In this document: positions 49,735 through 62,278 of the stretch, in pieces
Position numbering within the stretch: the stretch's first letter is position 1
Layout of the letters: each line of letters begins with the position of its first letter
Source: Malacoraja senta
Taxonomy: Eukaryota
Direction of reading: 5' to 3'
Assembly: GCA_038087875.1 (NCBI GenBank)
Contig: CM075988.1
Span: 3,348,001-3,412,000 of the forward strand
Length of the DNA: 64,000 bases
Position numbers and translations under genes: made by a program
Notes under the pieces: model-generated
Databases searched by the model: none
Told to the model about the DNA's origin: nothing
What the model saw: only the letters and a program-made list of their open reading frames with translations

Positions 49735-52483
49735 TGGTGAAGAATGAAATTCAGTCCCTTGCGAGTGGTGACATAGAATCAGGAGATGTAGAGTCAGTAT
49801 GGATAGAACTGAGGAATTGTAAGGGTTAAAAGAGAAGTTCCTGGAAGTTATCTACAGGCCCCCGAACAGTAGCCTGGATATAGGGTGCAAGTTGAATCAA
49901 GAGTTAAAATTGGCATGTCGTAAAGATAATGCTACGGTTGTTCTGGGAGATTTCAACATGCAGGTAGACTGGGAAATTCAGGATGGTACTGGACCCCAAG
50001 AAAGGGAGTTTGTGGAGTGCCTCCATGATGGATTCTTAGAGCAGCTTGTACTGGAGCCTACCAGGGAGAAGGCAGTTCTGGATTTAGTGTTGTGTAATGA
50101 AACAGATTTGATAAGGGGTATCAAACTCGAGGTAAAGGAGCCATTAGGAGGTAGTGACCAAAATAAATGATACGTTTTAATCTACAATTTCAGAGGGAGA
50201 TGGGAAAATTGGAAGTATCAGTATTACAGTTGAACAAAGGGGACTATGGAGCCATGAGGGAGGAGCTGGCCAAAGTTGACTGGAAAGATACTCTAGCAGG
50301 GATGACAGTCGAACAAAAATGGCAGGTATTTCTGGGAATAATACAGAAGGTGCAGGATCAGTTCATTCCAAAGAGGAAGAAAGATTCCAAGGGAAGTATG
50401 TGGTGACCATGGCTGTCAAGGGAAGTAAGGGGTGACCATGGCTGTCAAGGGAAGTAAGGGACAGTATAAAAATAGAAGAGAAGAAGTATAACATAGCAAA
50501 GATGAGCAGGAAGCCATAGGATTGGGAAACTTTTAAAGATCAAGAGAAGATAACTAAAAAGGCAATACGGGGAGAAAAGATGAGGTACGAAGGTAAGCTT
50601 GCCAAGAATATAAAGGAGGATAGTAAAAGCTTATTTAGGTAATGTGAAGCGGAAACAATTAGTTAAGACCAAAGTTGGACCCTTGAAAAGTGAAACAGGT
50701 GAATTTATCATGGGGAACAAGGAAATGGCAGACGAATTGAACAGGTATTTTGGATCCGTCTTCACTAAGGAGGACACAAACAATCTCCCTGATGTACTAG
50801 TGGCCAGAGGACCTAGGGTGATGGAGGAACTGAAGGAAATTCACATTCGGCAGGAAATGGTGTTGGGTAGACTGATGGGACTGAAGGCTGATAAATCCCC
50901 AGGGCCTGATGGTCTGCATCCCAGGGTACTTAAGGAAGTGGCTCTAGAAATCGTGGACGCATTGGTGATCATTTTCCAATGTTCTATAGATTCAGGAACA
51001 GTTCCTGTGGATTGGAGGGTAGCTAATGTTATCCTACTTTTTAAGAAAGGCGGGAGGGAGAAAACAGGGAATTATAGCCCAGTTAGCCTGACATCGGTGG
51101 TGGGGAAGATGCCAGTCAAATATAAAAGATGAAATAGCAGCACATTTGGATAGCAGTAGCAGGGTCGGTCAGAGTCAGCAGAAGATTAGTTAAGCATGAT
51201 TTCCCCTTCGTAAATGGATTTACGAAGGGGAAATCATGCTTAACTAATCTTCTCGAATTTTTTGAGGATGTAACTAGGAAAATGGACAAGGGAGAGCCAG
51301 TGGATGTAGTGTACCTGGACTTTCAGAAAGCATTTGATAAGGTCCCACAAAGGAGATTAGTGAGCAAAATTAGAGCACATTGTATTGGGTCTAGGGTACT
51401 GTAATGGATAGAAAATTGGTTGGCATACAGGAAACAAAGAGTAGGGATTAACAGGTCCCTTTCAGAATGGCAGGCAGTGACTAGTGGGGTACCGCAAGGT
51501 TCGGTGCTAGGACCGCAGCTATTTACAATATACATTAATGATTTTGATGAAGGGATTAAAAGTAACATTAGCAAATTTGCAGTTGTCACAAAGCTGGGTG
51601 GCAGTGTGAACTGTGAGGAGGATGCCATGAGGATGCAGGGTGACTTGGACAGGTTGGGTGAGTGGGCAGATGCATGCAGATGCAGTTTAATGTGGATAAA
51701 TGTGACATTATCCACTTTGGTGGCAAAAACAGGGGCCGATTATTATCTGAATGCTTAAATTCAGAAAAGGGGAAGTACAATGAGATCTGGGGGCCCTTAT
51801 TCATCAGTCACTGAAAGTAAACATGCAGGCACAACAGGCAGTGAAAAAAGCGAATGGCATGTTGGCCTTCATAACAAGAGGAGTTGAGTGTAGGAGCAAA
51901 GAGGTCCTTCTGCAGTTGTACAGAGCCATAGTGAGAACACACCTGGAGTATTGTATACAGTTTTGGTCTCCAAATTTGAGGGACATTCTTGCTATTGAGG
52001 GAGTGCAGTGTAGGTTCACAAAGTTAATTCCCGGGAAGGCGGACTGTCATATGTTGAAAGAATGGAGCGACTGAACTGGTATACACTGGAACTTAGGAGG
52101 ATGAGAGGTTATCTTATTGAAACATATATGATTATTAAGGATTTGGACACGCTAGACGCAGGAAACATGTTCCCGATGTTGGGTGAGTCCAGAACCAGGG
52201 GCAACAGTTTAAGAATAAGTGGTAAGCCATTTAGAACGGAGATGAGAAAAAACCTTTTCACACAGAGGGTTGTGAATCTATGGAATTCTCTGCCTCAGAA
52301 GGCAGTGGAGACCAATTCTCTTATGTTTTCGAGGGAGAGTTGGATAGAGCTCTTAAAGATAGCAGAGTCAGGGGATATGTGGATCGGGATCAGTGTGGAT
52401 GATCAGCCATGATCACAGAGAATGGCGGTGCTGGCTTGTAGGACCAAATGGCCTACTCCTGCACCTATTGTCTATTGTCTATA
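49735..52483 (+). mobile_element. CR1 LINE ORF2 (part of APE through RT) and 3' end, degenerate
   Basis: IYRPP, LGDFN, LDLVLCNE, KSPGPDGLHPRVLKE, SGVPQGSVLGP; (attgtct)n tail. Confidence 0.93.
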
Positions 52484-52726
52484 ACCCCTGACACCTGTTC
52501 TAATCAAGAATCTATCTATCTCTGCCTTAGAAATATATCCATTGACTTGGCCTCAACAGCCTTCTGTGGCAATGAATTCCACAGATCCACCACCTTCTGA
52601 CTAAAGAAATTCTTCCTCATCTCCTTCCTAAAAGAACGTCCTTTAATTCTGAGGCTATGACCTCTGGCCCTAAACTCTACCACTGGTGGAAACAATCTCT
52701 CCACATCAACGCTATCCAGGCCTTTC

Positions 52727-52950
52727 GATGGGTCTGCCGGGGCAGTCGTGTTTGTGGAGTTTGGGGAGGAGATAGAAGAGGGCAGTGCGGGGCTGGGGAA
52801 CTATAAGGTTGGCGGCTGTGGTGGGGAGATCGTCAGAGGCGATCAGATTGGAAACATGTTGGGAGATGGAGGGCTGGCGTTGGTCTGTGGGGTCATGGTT
52901 AAGGGGTAAGGTCTGAGAACTGGCGCCTGGCCTCAGCGTGGTTGAGGTCT
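52727..52950 (-). mobile_element. Penelope RT fragment
   Basis: Reverse complement encodes FYLLPKLHKHDCPGRPI, homologous to 15492-15545. Confidence 0.75.
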
Positions 52951-52989
52951 GCCAAATAAAGCAGTTTTATTCCTAGGTTTTGCATCATA

Positions 52990-55900
52990 TGTGCAGTTTT
53001 GGTCCCCTAATTTGAGGAAGGACATTCTTGCTATTGAGGCAGTGCAGCGTAGGTTTACAAGGTTAATTCCCGGGATGGAGGGGCTATCATATGCTGAGAG
53101 AATGGAGCTCTGGAGTTTACAAGGATCAGAGGGGATCTCATTGAAACATATAAGATTGTTAAGGGTTTGGACACGCTAGAGACAGGAAACATGTTCCCGA
53201 TGTTGGGTGAGTCCAGAACTAGGGGGCCACAGTTTAAGAATAAGGAGTAAGCCATTTAGAACAGAGACGAGGAAACACTTTTTCTCGCAGAGAGTGGTGA
53301 GTCTGTGGAATTCTCTGCCTCAGAGGGCGGTGGAGGCGGGTTCTCTGGATGCTTTCAAGAGAGAATTAGATAGGCCTCTTAAAAATAGCGGAGTCAGGGG
53401 ATATGGGGAGAAGGCAGGAATGGGGTACTGATTGGGGATGATCAGCCATGATCATATTGAATGGCAGTGCTGGCTCGAAGGGCCGAATGGCCTACTCCTG
53501 CACCTATTGTCTATTGTCTATCATTAAAGATTACCACTAGTAATTATACCTTTGTTTGCACTTAAGTGCAGTTTTGTGTGTTAGGATGAAATCTGAAATT
53601 CATAAAGGATTTATAAATTCTCCTACTGAGCAGAGTTGAAAGTGGAACAACATGGAACTGGTTTGAACAGGTAGGTGATTGATGGTCAGCGTGGGCTTAG
53701 TTTAGTTTAGTTTAAAGATACAGCGTGGAAACAGGCTTTTCTTTCCCAGAACCCCAAAATGGCCGAGCTCCTCTGTCAAGGAATCCATTACCAATCCTAG
53801 CGCTGAATAGGCCGAGCCCTGAAAAAGACCATGTAGCCTCCCTGGAGGACATACATAGACAACGTTTTGGGTGGAGATCCTTCTTCAGAATGATTGTAGT
53901 GGGGTGGGGGGGGGGGGGGGGGCAGAAGAAATCTGGAAGAGAGGTAGCGGCGGGACAAGTCTGGCAAGTGATAGGTGGACAGATGAGGGTGGGTGGGGGG
54001 GGGGGGGGGGTGTTGGTTGATGGTTGTACAAAGGCCTGAGATGAAAAGTCAAAACGTGTGAGATACGGTAAGGATAGAAGAGGCATGAAATGTGAAGCCA
54101 GAGGAAGGAAACTGCTTTCCACTTACATTCCTTCCTCTAACTTCACATTTTCTCTGGCCATATTTGGAATACTGTGTTCATTTTTGTCACCCTGTTACAG
54201 GAACGGTATCAATAAGTTGGAAAGGGTGCAAAGAAGATTAATGAGGATGTTGTAAGGATTGGCGAGCCTGAACTACGAGGTGGGATTGGACAAGCTAGCA
54301 CTTTATTCCTCGGAGCGCAGGAGGCGAAAGGGTTTTTATATTAGAGGTGGATAACATCATGAGGGGCACTGATAGGGTGAAGGCACAGAGTCTTTTCCCC
54401 ACAGTTAGGGAATCAGTAACCAGGGCACTGATTTAAGGTTTAAGATGAGAAGGGAAAGATTTCATAGGAACCTGAGGAGCAACTTTTTCATTCAAAGGGT
54501 GGTAGGTATATGAAACGCATTTCCAGAGGAGGTAGCTGAGGCAGGTACAATAACAACACTTAGACCGGTACATGGATAGGAAAGGTTTAGAGGGATGTGG
54601 GCCAAATGCGGGCCAATGGGACGAGCTTAGATGGGGAATCTTGGTCGGCATGGGCAAGTTGGGCTGAAGAGCCTGTTTCCATGCTGTGTGACTTTTTGAC
54701 TCTATGACAAAATTAACCTCACTTAATCTCTGCTTTTTTTTTAATGGTTATATTTGTGCTTTTGATGATGTCCTTCATATTGATCACGGCTTCTCGGCAG
54801 TTTCTTGACACTTGAAGAAACAGCAAGCAGCATGCATAGTTTAAATGAGATGCATCGTTTAAAGGAGATGTGTGGAGCAAGTTTTTTACACAGAGCGTTG
54901 TGAGTGCCTGAAACCTGCTGCCGGAGGTGGTAGTGGTGGAGGCAGATATGATAGTGGTGTTTACGAGACCTTTTAGATAGACCCATGGATATGCAAGGAC
55001 TGGAGAGATATGGATCAGGTATAGACAGATGCATTTAATTTCTGCTTTCATTATGTTCAGCACAGGCATTGTGGGCTGAAGGGCCTGTGCTGTACTGTTC
55101 TATGATCAGGGGTTCAGTTTAGTTTAGTTCAGAGATACAGCACGGAATCAGACCCTTCAACCCACCGGGTCCACACCGACCAGTGATCCCTGCACACTAA
55201 CGCTATCCTACACACACCAGGGACAGTTTACAATTATACCAAGCCAATTAACCTACAAACCTGTGCGAAAGTGGGACGAAACTAGAAACCCCGGAGAAAA
55301 CCCACGCACGTCACAGGGAGAACGTGCAAACTCAGTATAGACAGCACCCGTATTCAAGATCGAACCCTGGTTTTTGACGCTGTAAGGCAGCAACTCTACC
55401 GCAGCGCCGCCATGCCGCCCTTCGTTGTATAGATAGACTGTAGAGACTGGGAGTGTTGCTTTCTGGAGATACAGCGTTGAAGCAGACCTATTGTTCTATT
55501 GGGATTGCTCCTGCCCCGACATGATGCACAGGGTCAATGCTTCAAGATCAGTAAATATATCTGCGGTGTTGTGGACAGTTGCAAAGAGGAAATTTCATAT
55601 TAAGGAAGTCAGAGATGCAATGTTGTATTTTCACATTGAAAATTGAACAATGTTTTTATCAGGAGTGGAATAAACAGTAACTGAGTATTTGATGCCTGTT
55701 CTCTGTGTTACTCCTTTTGGACGTGTGTTAAGATAATTAGTCCAAATTGAAGACACCAAGTCTTGTTCTCCTTGTGTTTATTTTGCATAGATTATTTTCT
55801 AAATGGGGAGAGAATTTAGAAATCGGAGGTGCAAAGGGACTTGGGAGTGCTGGTGCAGAATTTCCATAATTTGCAAGTGGAATCGGTAGTAAGGAAGGCA

Positions 55901-56480
55901 AATGCAATGAATCCAAAAAACGGGGGTGTAATGATGAGGTTATATGAGACGCTGATCAGATCACATTTGGAGTATTGTGAGCAGTTTTGGGCCTCATATC
56001 TGTGAGGAAGGATGTGCATTAGGAGAGGGTCCAGAGGAGGTTTATGAGAATGATCCCAGGAAAGATTGGGTTAACATATGATGAGTGTTTGAAGGCACTG
56101 GGCCTGTACTCGCTGGAGTTTAGAAGGATGAGGGGGGACCCTCATTGAAACTTACCAAATATTGAAAGGCCTGGATAGAGTGAATGTGGAGAGAATGTTC
56201 CCACTAGTGGGAGAGTCTAGGACCAGAGGTCATAGCATTAAAATGTCTTTAGTCAGAAGGTGGTGAATCTGTGGAATTCATTGCCACAGACAGCTGTGAA
56301 AGCCAAGTCAATGGATATTTTTAAGGCTGATATTGACATACACTTGATTAGTACGGGTGCCTGGGGTTATGGGGAGAAGGCACGAGAATGAAGTTGAGAA
56401 GGAAAGATAGATCAACCATGATTGAATGGTGGAGTAGACTTGTTGGGCCGAATGGCCTAATGCAACATGAACTTTAGAAC
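52990..56480 (+). mobile_element. Cluster of CR1 3' fragments (52990-53520, 54165-54710, 54840-55105, 55790-56480) mixed with SINE and Penelope-derived pieces
   Basis: Recurring CR1 ORF2 C-terminal and 3' UTR motifs. Confidence 0.8.
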
Positions 56481-57253
56481 TATGCTTCTCTGGGCTCGAA
56501 TCACCCAGTAACTTCAACACTTGCCTCAATTTCTACACCACAACCAAATCATCACTCCTCAGCACAGTGACAACCAACCAATCTACTTCTGCAATCCCCC
56601 CCAAAATGGTTCACCACACTAGCCTTGATTCCTGATGGTCCCAGCTACCCTCATTTGACCAAAGCCCTCACCACTGCCTCTCAGTCCGTCACCCAAACCC
56701 TCTGTAAGACCCCAGCCTCCAGTCAGCCAAATGCCATCTCCTACCCAGGCCTTCAACTGTTCATCTTCTCTGCCTCTCCAACCAAAAGGAATGGCACGGT
56801 GGCACAGAGGTAGAGTTTCTGCCTTACAGTGCCAGAGATCAGGGTTCGAACCTGACTATGGGTGCCGTCTGTGGGGAGTTTGCTTATTCTCCCTGTGACT
56901 GCGTGGGTTTTCTCCAGGTGCTCCGGTTTCCTTCCACATCCCAAAGATGTATAGATTTGTAGGTTAGTTGGCTTTGGTAAATATTGTAAATTGTCCCTAG
57001 TGTGTAGGAGAGCGTTAGTGTGTGAGGATCGCTAATCCCTAGTGCGTAGGATAGTGCGGGATCGCTGGTCTGGGCCTGTTTCCGCGCCGTATCTGTAATA
57101 TATAACCACCAGCGAGCAAGGAGATATATCTCTCCTGCAATGTAAAACAATGGCTGAAGTGTCATGGTTTCTGTTCAAGGCTTGTCTCTGACTGTGTGAG
57201 ATGACAGTGTGTAGCATTGCTGTCTAATGTGTTTCTTTCACTGTTGTTCTCAG

Positions 57254-57338
57254 GTTGGGGGAAGCACAGATGTGCTCACTTCGTCTACGCAGCAATGACC
57301 CTCTCTCTCTTTGCCATCATCTGGAACATGTTCCTTGG
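57254..57338 (+). other. Candidate host-gene exon C (85 nt; two open frames: LGEAQMCSLRLRSNDPLSLCHHLEHVPW or WGKHRCAHFVYAAMTLSLFAIIWNMFL)
   Basis: Strong acceptor gtttctttcactgttgttctcag, consensus donor TGG/gtaagt, apparently unique sequence. Confidence 0.55.
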
Positions 57339-58775
57339 GTAAGTCGCATCTGTTTGGTCTTGTTCCCCAAGCTGGTCCTGCCAGTGTATCTGTGGTAAAC
57401 AGCATTTGGTTTCTGTAAGGCTTTTTACAAATTCAATAGAAAGTTTTGTTCTTTCAGGAATTTGGTTTGCGAATAGGTTTTATAATAGAAAATGATTCTA
57501 ATCTCTTTTTCATTGCCATCTTATTATTTATTTATTTTTTCGTGTTATGAGCAGAATTAGGCCAATTTGGCCCATCAAGTGTACTCTGCCAATCAATCAT
57601 GGCTGATCTATCTCTCCCTCCTAAGCCCATTCTCCTGCCTTCTCCCCTTAACTCCTGACACTCGTACTAATCAAACCTAATAATCAACTCCTAACCCCAT
57701 TTTGCCAGGACTATATATTACACTATATGTGTTTATTTATTGAGTATGTGTACATGTGTATATACACACACTGAACATTTTTTTCCTTTTTTCCCCCTCC
57801 CATTATGTACTATGATTACATATTCTGTTGTGCTGCAGCAAGTAAGAATTTCATTGTCCTATCTGGGACATATGACAATAAAACACTCTTGACTCTTTCA
57901 ATTGTATGAAACCTTTTTTACTGCTGTGCAATTGAGAACCATCATTTGCGCTTTGGCGTTTGACCTGCACCCCGAATCTGGCTTTCATGTGAGGCCCAGA
58001 CCGCCTCTTAATGACGGCTCAGATCAGAACATCACGCAACGAAAATCTCATCCAGCATCTCGGTGAAAACCTAGGCATGGTCACGGGGAGAACGTACAAA
58101 CTCCGTCCAGACAGCACCCATAGTCGGGATCGAACCGGGGTCTCCGGCACTGCAAGCGCTGTAAGGGAGCAACTCTGCCGCTGCGCCACCGTGACCACCA
58201 CTTTCAAACTTGTCCAAATTTGTTACAATTTCTAGAGATTCCTTCTTCAAATGACCCTGTTGTTACTTGGCCATGCCCATATTAATGACGGCATCTGATG
58301 TGCCTGCGCATCTAGCTCACCTCCGACCTGCCGCAAATTCCCATTCCAGCACCTGCACTCCCTTTTATTATCCCTAATTTATCACCTCCTCTCTTTTAGT
58401 ACACTCTTCCATCTCTCCATTCACATCCATTCATTCTTTCTTTCTGTAATTCCTCATTCCTATCCTGAGAACATCACCACTGCACAATATTGTTTACCCT
58501 CTTCTTCTTGTCGTGAGCTTACTGTAAAACGTGTACTGAGGCTCCCACGGGAGGTTACAGTTTAGGGTAGACAAAAAAGCTGTAGAAACTCAGCGGGTGA
58601 GGCAACATCTATGGAGCGAAGGAAATAGGCAACGTTTCGGGCCAAAACCCTTGGGTTTCGGGCCAAAACCCTTGGGTTTCGGCCTGAAACCTTGCCTATT
58701 TCCTTCGCTCCATAGATGCTGCCTCACCCGCTGTGTTTCTCCAGCATTTATGTCTACCTTCGATTTTCCAGCATC

Positions 58776-58778
58776 TCA

Positions 58779-58838
<60 letters not shown>

Positions 58839-59267
58839 CACACACGCACACACACACACACACACACTCACACACGCACGCACACGCACACACACACACT
58901 CACACATGCGCACACACACACGCACACACACACACACTCACACACTCACACACTCATATACACACACACGCACACACACACACAATCACACACACACTCA
59001 CGCACACTCATGCAAAAACACACAAACACACACACAAACACATGCACACCCACACAAGCACAGAAACACACCACACACACGGACCAACGCATACTCACAC
59101 TCACACACACACAAACACACACACACACAAACACACACGCACACTCATAAACACACACACTCACACAAACACACAAACACACACACACACTCACACTCAC
59201 ATACCCCCACACACACACACACACACACACACAAGCTCACACTCACACACACACACACACACACAAG

Positions 59268-59308
<41 letters not shown>

Positions 59309-59315
59309 AAACACA

Positions 59316-59352
<37 letters not shown>

Positions 59353-59401
59353 ATACTCACACACACCCACACACACTCACATACCCACACACACACACAA
59401 G

Positions 59402-59442
<41 letters not shown>

Positions 59443-59458
59443 GCTCACACACACAAGC

Positions 59459-59489
<31 letters not shown>

Positions 59490-59509
59490 TACTCACACTT
59501 ACACACACA
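58776..59509. repeat. Long compound (CA)n microsatellite
   Basis: Direct inspection. Confidence 0.98.
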
Positions 59510-61703
59510 AGGTATTTCATTATCAAGTAAAGGCACTTTTATTCCCATCGATATCCAAGGGGTTAGCTGCACCTGAAGGGAGACACACCTGAGTGCTGGA
59601 GTAACTCAGCGGGTCAGGCAGCATCTCTGGAGGAGAAGGATAGGTGACGTCTCTTGTCGGGACCCGTCTTCAGATTTCCGTATCTGCCTTTCACCCGTCC
59701 TGCAGATATTTGTTTCCACAACTCCACCCAAACCTGTCCCAAGACCTCCAGAGAAACCTGTCCCAACACCTCCAGACAGTCTCCATTAAATTATTCCTAT
59801 CCTTCTTGTCTACTTCTTAAATGGGGCATATTGTCCCTACTTTTGCCGTAGCTGGTGGACAAACAGAGTCTGCCTGAGATGTGAGGAGAATACAAGGAGG
59901 CAGGAGAATGTGAGCAGGCTAAGTGAATGGTAAGAATGTGTCAAATGAGTATTGTGTGGAAATCCACTTTAGTAGCAAAGAATAGTGAGTGGAGCACTTT
60001 TTAAAAAGATTGAAGCCTATTGGTATTTAGAAGGATCTGGATATCCTTTTAAATAAATTGTGAGAAAGTTCACCTGCAGGTACAGTGAGGACATGTCGAC
60101 ACGTGACACCTGTCCTGTCTGGTCGTGAGTAGTCACCCAAAGAGTCATACCTTTTTCTGGTCGCCGCTGGATTTTCAACATTTTGACATTTTTTAGCGAC
60201 CTGCTGCAACTATGATGCGTGCCGGCAAGTCGCCGAATAAATCACGTGTGGGGCAGTAGGCCCTTTACTGAAACTAAGTTGTGTCCTGATGAGATGGTAT
60301 CTAGAATATTATGTACAACACAAAATGCTGGAGTAACTCAGCAGGTCAGGCAGCATCTCGGGAGAACATGAATAGGTGACCTTTCAGCTCAGAACCCTAC
60401 TGCAGAAAGGTTGTAGTAGCAGAGAGAAAGCTGGAAAAGAACCATGTATAAAACCATGAGAGAAATCGAACGGTTAGATACTTAGAGTCTCTTGCCCAGA
60501 GTAGGTGAATCGAGAACCAGAGGACATAGATTTAAGGTGAAGGGGAAAAGATTTAATAGGAATCGGTGGGATATCTATTTCACACAAAGGGTGGTGGGTG
60601 TATGGAACAAGCTGCCAGAGGAGATAGTTGAGGCAGGGTAGACACAAAATGCTGGAGTAACCCAGCGGGACAGGCAGCATCTCTGGAGAGAATGAATGGG
60701 TGATGTTTTTGGGTCAAGAACCTTCTTCAGTTGAGGCAGGGACAATCCCAACATTTAAGAAACAGTTAGACAGGTTTGGAGGGATATGACCCAAACTCGG
60801 GAAGGTGGGACTATAGCTGGGACATGTTGGCCGGTGTGGGCAAATTGGGCCGAAGAGCCTGTTTTCACGCTGTATCACTCTATGACTCTAACTGGAGGCA
60901 GGACAAAGCCTGGCAGGCGATGGGTGATACAGGTGAGGGGGCGTTTTGATGGGTGGATAAAGGCTAGAGATGAAAGGGAGCCAAAAGATTGAGAAGGAGA
61001 CGAAAAGGTGTCAGGTGAGCTGTACAACCAGAGGGAGGCATTACTCCAACACTGGCTACCCGGACGTGGCGCCGACAGACAAGTAGCTGAAGCAAAGAAG
61101 TCGAAGCCAAAGAACCGAATAGAAACGAGGCCGAAACGCCAATGAACCGAAAGAGTCCGAAGACGAAACGCCTACTAACCGAAAGTATGGAACGCCTAAA
61201 TGCAAACTAACCGACAGGGAGGGACGCCTAAAAGCCAATGAACCGAAAGGTTGCGTCGCCTAAAAGCAAACTTACCGAATGGCCGCTCTGTCGAAACGCC
61301 ACCTTCCCGAAAGGCGGCGAAAGAACGATTTATACATGTAATACATGATATACATTTCTACATGGTTAATTAACTGGTGTATATCATGTATTACATGTAT
61401 AAATCGTTCTTACATTCGGGAACATGGTTAATTAACATGGCATTATTTCCCTGTCCTAACGGCCTTTGTTTTAGCCGGTGATTCCATCTATTCCATCCCT
61501 CTCTCACAAAGATGTGGGATTTCAATTTGAGCGCACTTGTTTGAATAGATGCAAGCGGCATGTACAGCCGCAATACACGAAAAGATGAAATGAGACAACT
61601 GTCACACCAAAGATAGACACAAGATGCTGGAGTAACTCAGCTGAAGAGTCAGCGTCTCTGGAGAGAAGGATGGTGTTTCGGGTCGAGACCCTTCAGACGC
61701 ACT

Positions 61704-61731
61704 CTGAAGAATGGTCTCAGCACGAAACGTC
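61704..61731 (+). ncRNA. Degenerate hammerhead-like motif in palindromic Penelope-derived element (~61610-61765)
   Basis: ctgaagaatggtctcagcacgaaacgtc. Confidence 0.45.
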
Positions 61732-61984
61732 ACCCATTCCTTCTCTCCAGGGATGCTGCCTGTTTTGTGCGTGGGAGCTTGGGTGCGTTACGCAAACACC
61801 GAGATGGTAATAAATAAACCGTCTGTCCCCGCGGCCGGGGTGAATCACCCTGGTGTGGGTGTCAAAGCCCGGGGGTCGGGGGGGGGGGGGTCGGGGGAGG
61901 GGAATCACCCTGGTGTGGAGGTTGGGGTCCGATGGCGGTGCATCGCGGTCAGTGACTGTGGGACGCTCCCGCGGGTGGAGACGG

Positions 61985-62278
61985 AGGAGAGAGAGAAGGG
62001 AGAGAGAGCGGCGGGGGGGGGGGGGGGAGAAGGGGGAGAGAGAGAGAGGGGGAGAGAGAGAGGGGGAGAGAGAGGAGGGAGAGAGAAGGGAGAGAGGGGG
62101 GGTAGAGGAGGGGAGGAGAGAGGAGGGGAAGAGAGGATGAGAGGGAGAAGGGGAGAGAGAGGAGGAGAGAGAGAAGAGGGGAGAGAGAGGAAGGGAGAGA
62201 GAGGAGGAGAGAGAAGGGAGAGAGAGAAGGGAGAGAGAGAGGGGGAGAGAGAGAAGAGAGGAGAGAGAAGGGGGAGAC
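61985..62278. repeat. GA-rich polypurine low-complexity tract
   Basis: Direct inspection. Confidence 0.95.

Noticed and set aside
58597..59592. Long His/Thr-rich ORFs (331, 265 aa)
   Set aside because: Translations of the (CA)n microsatellite
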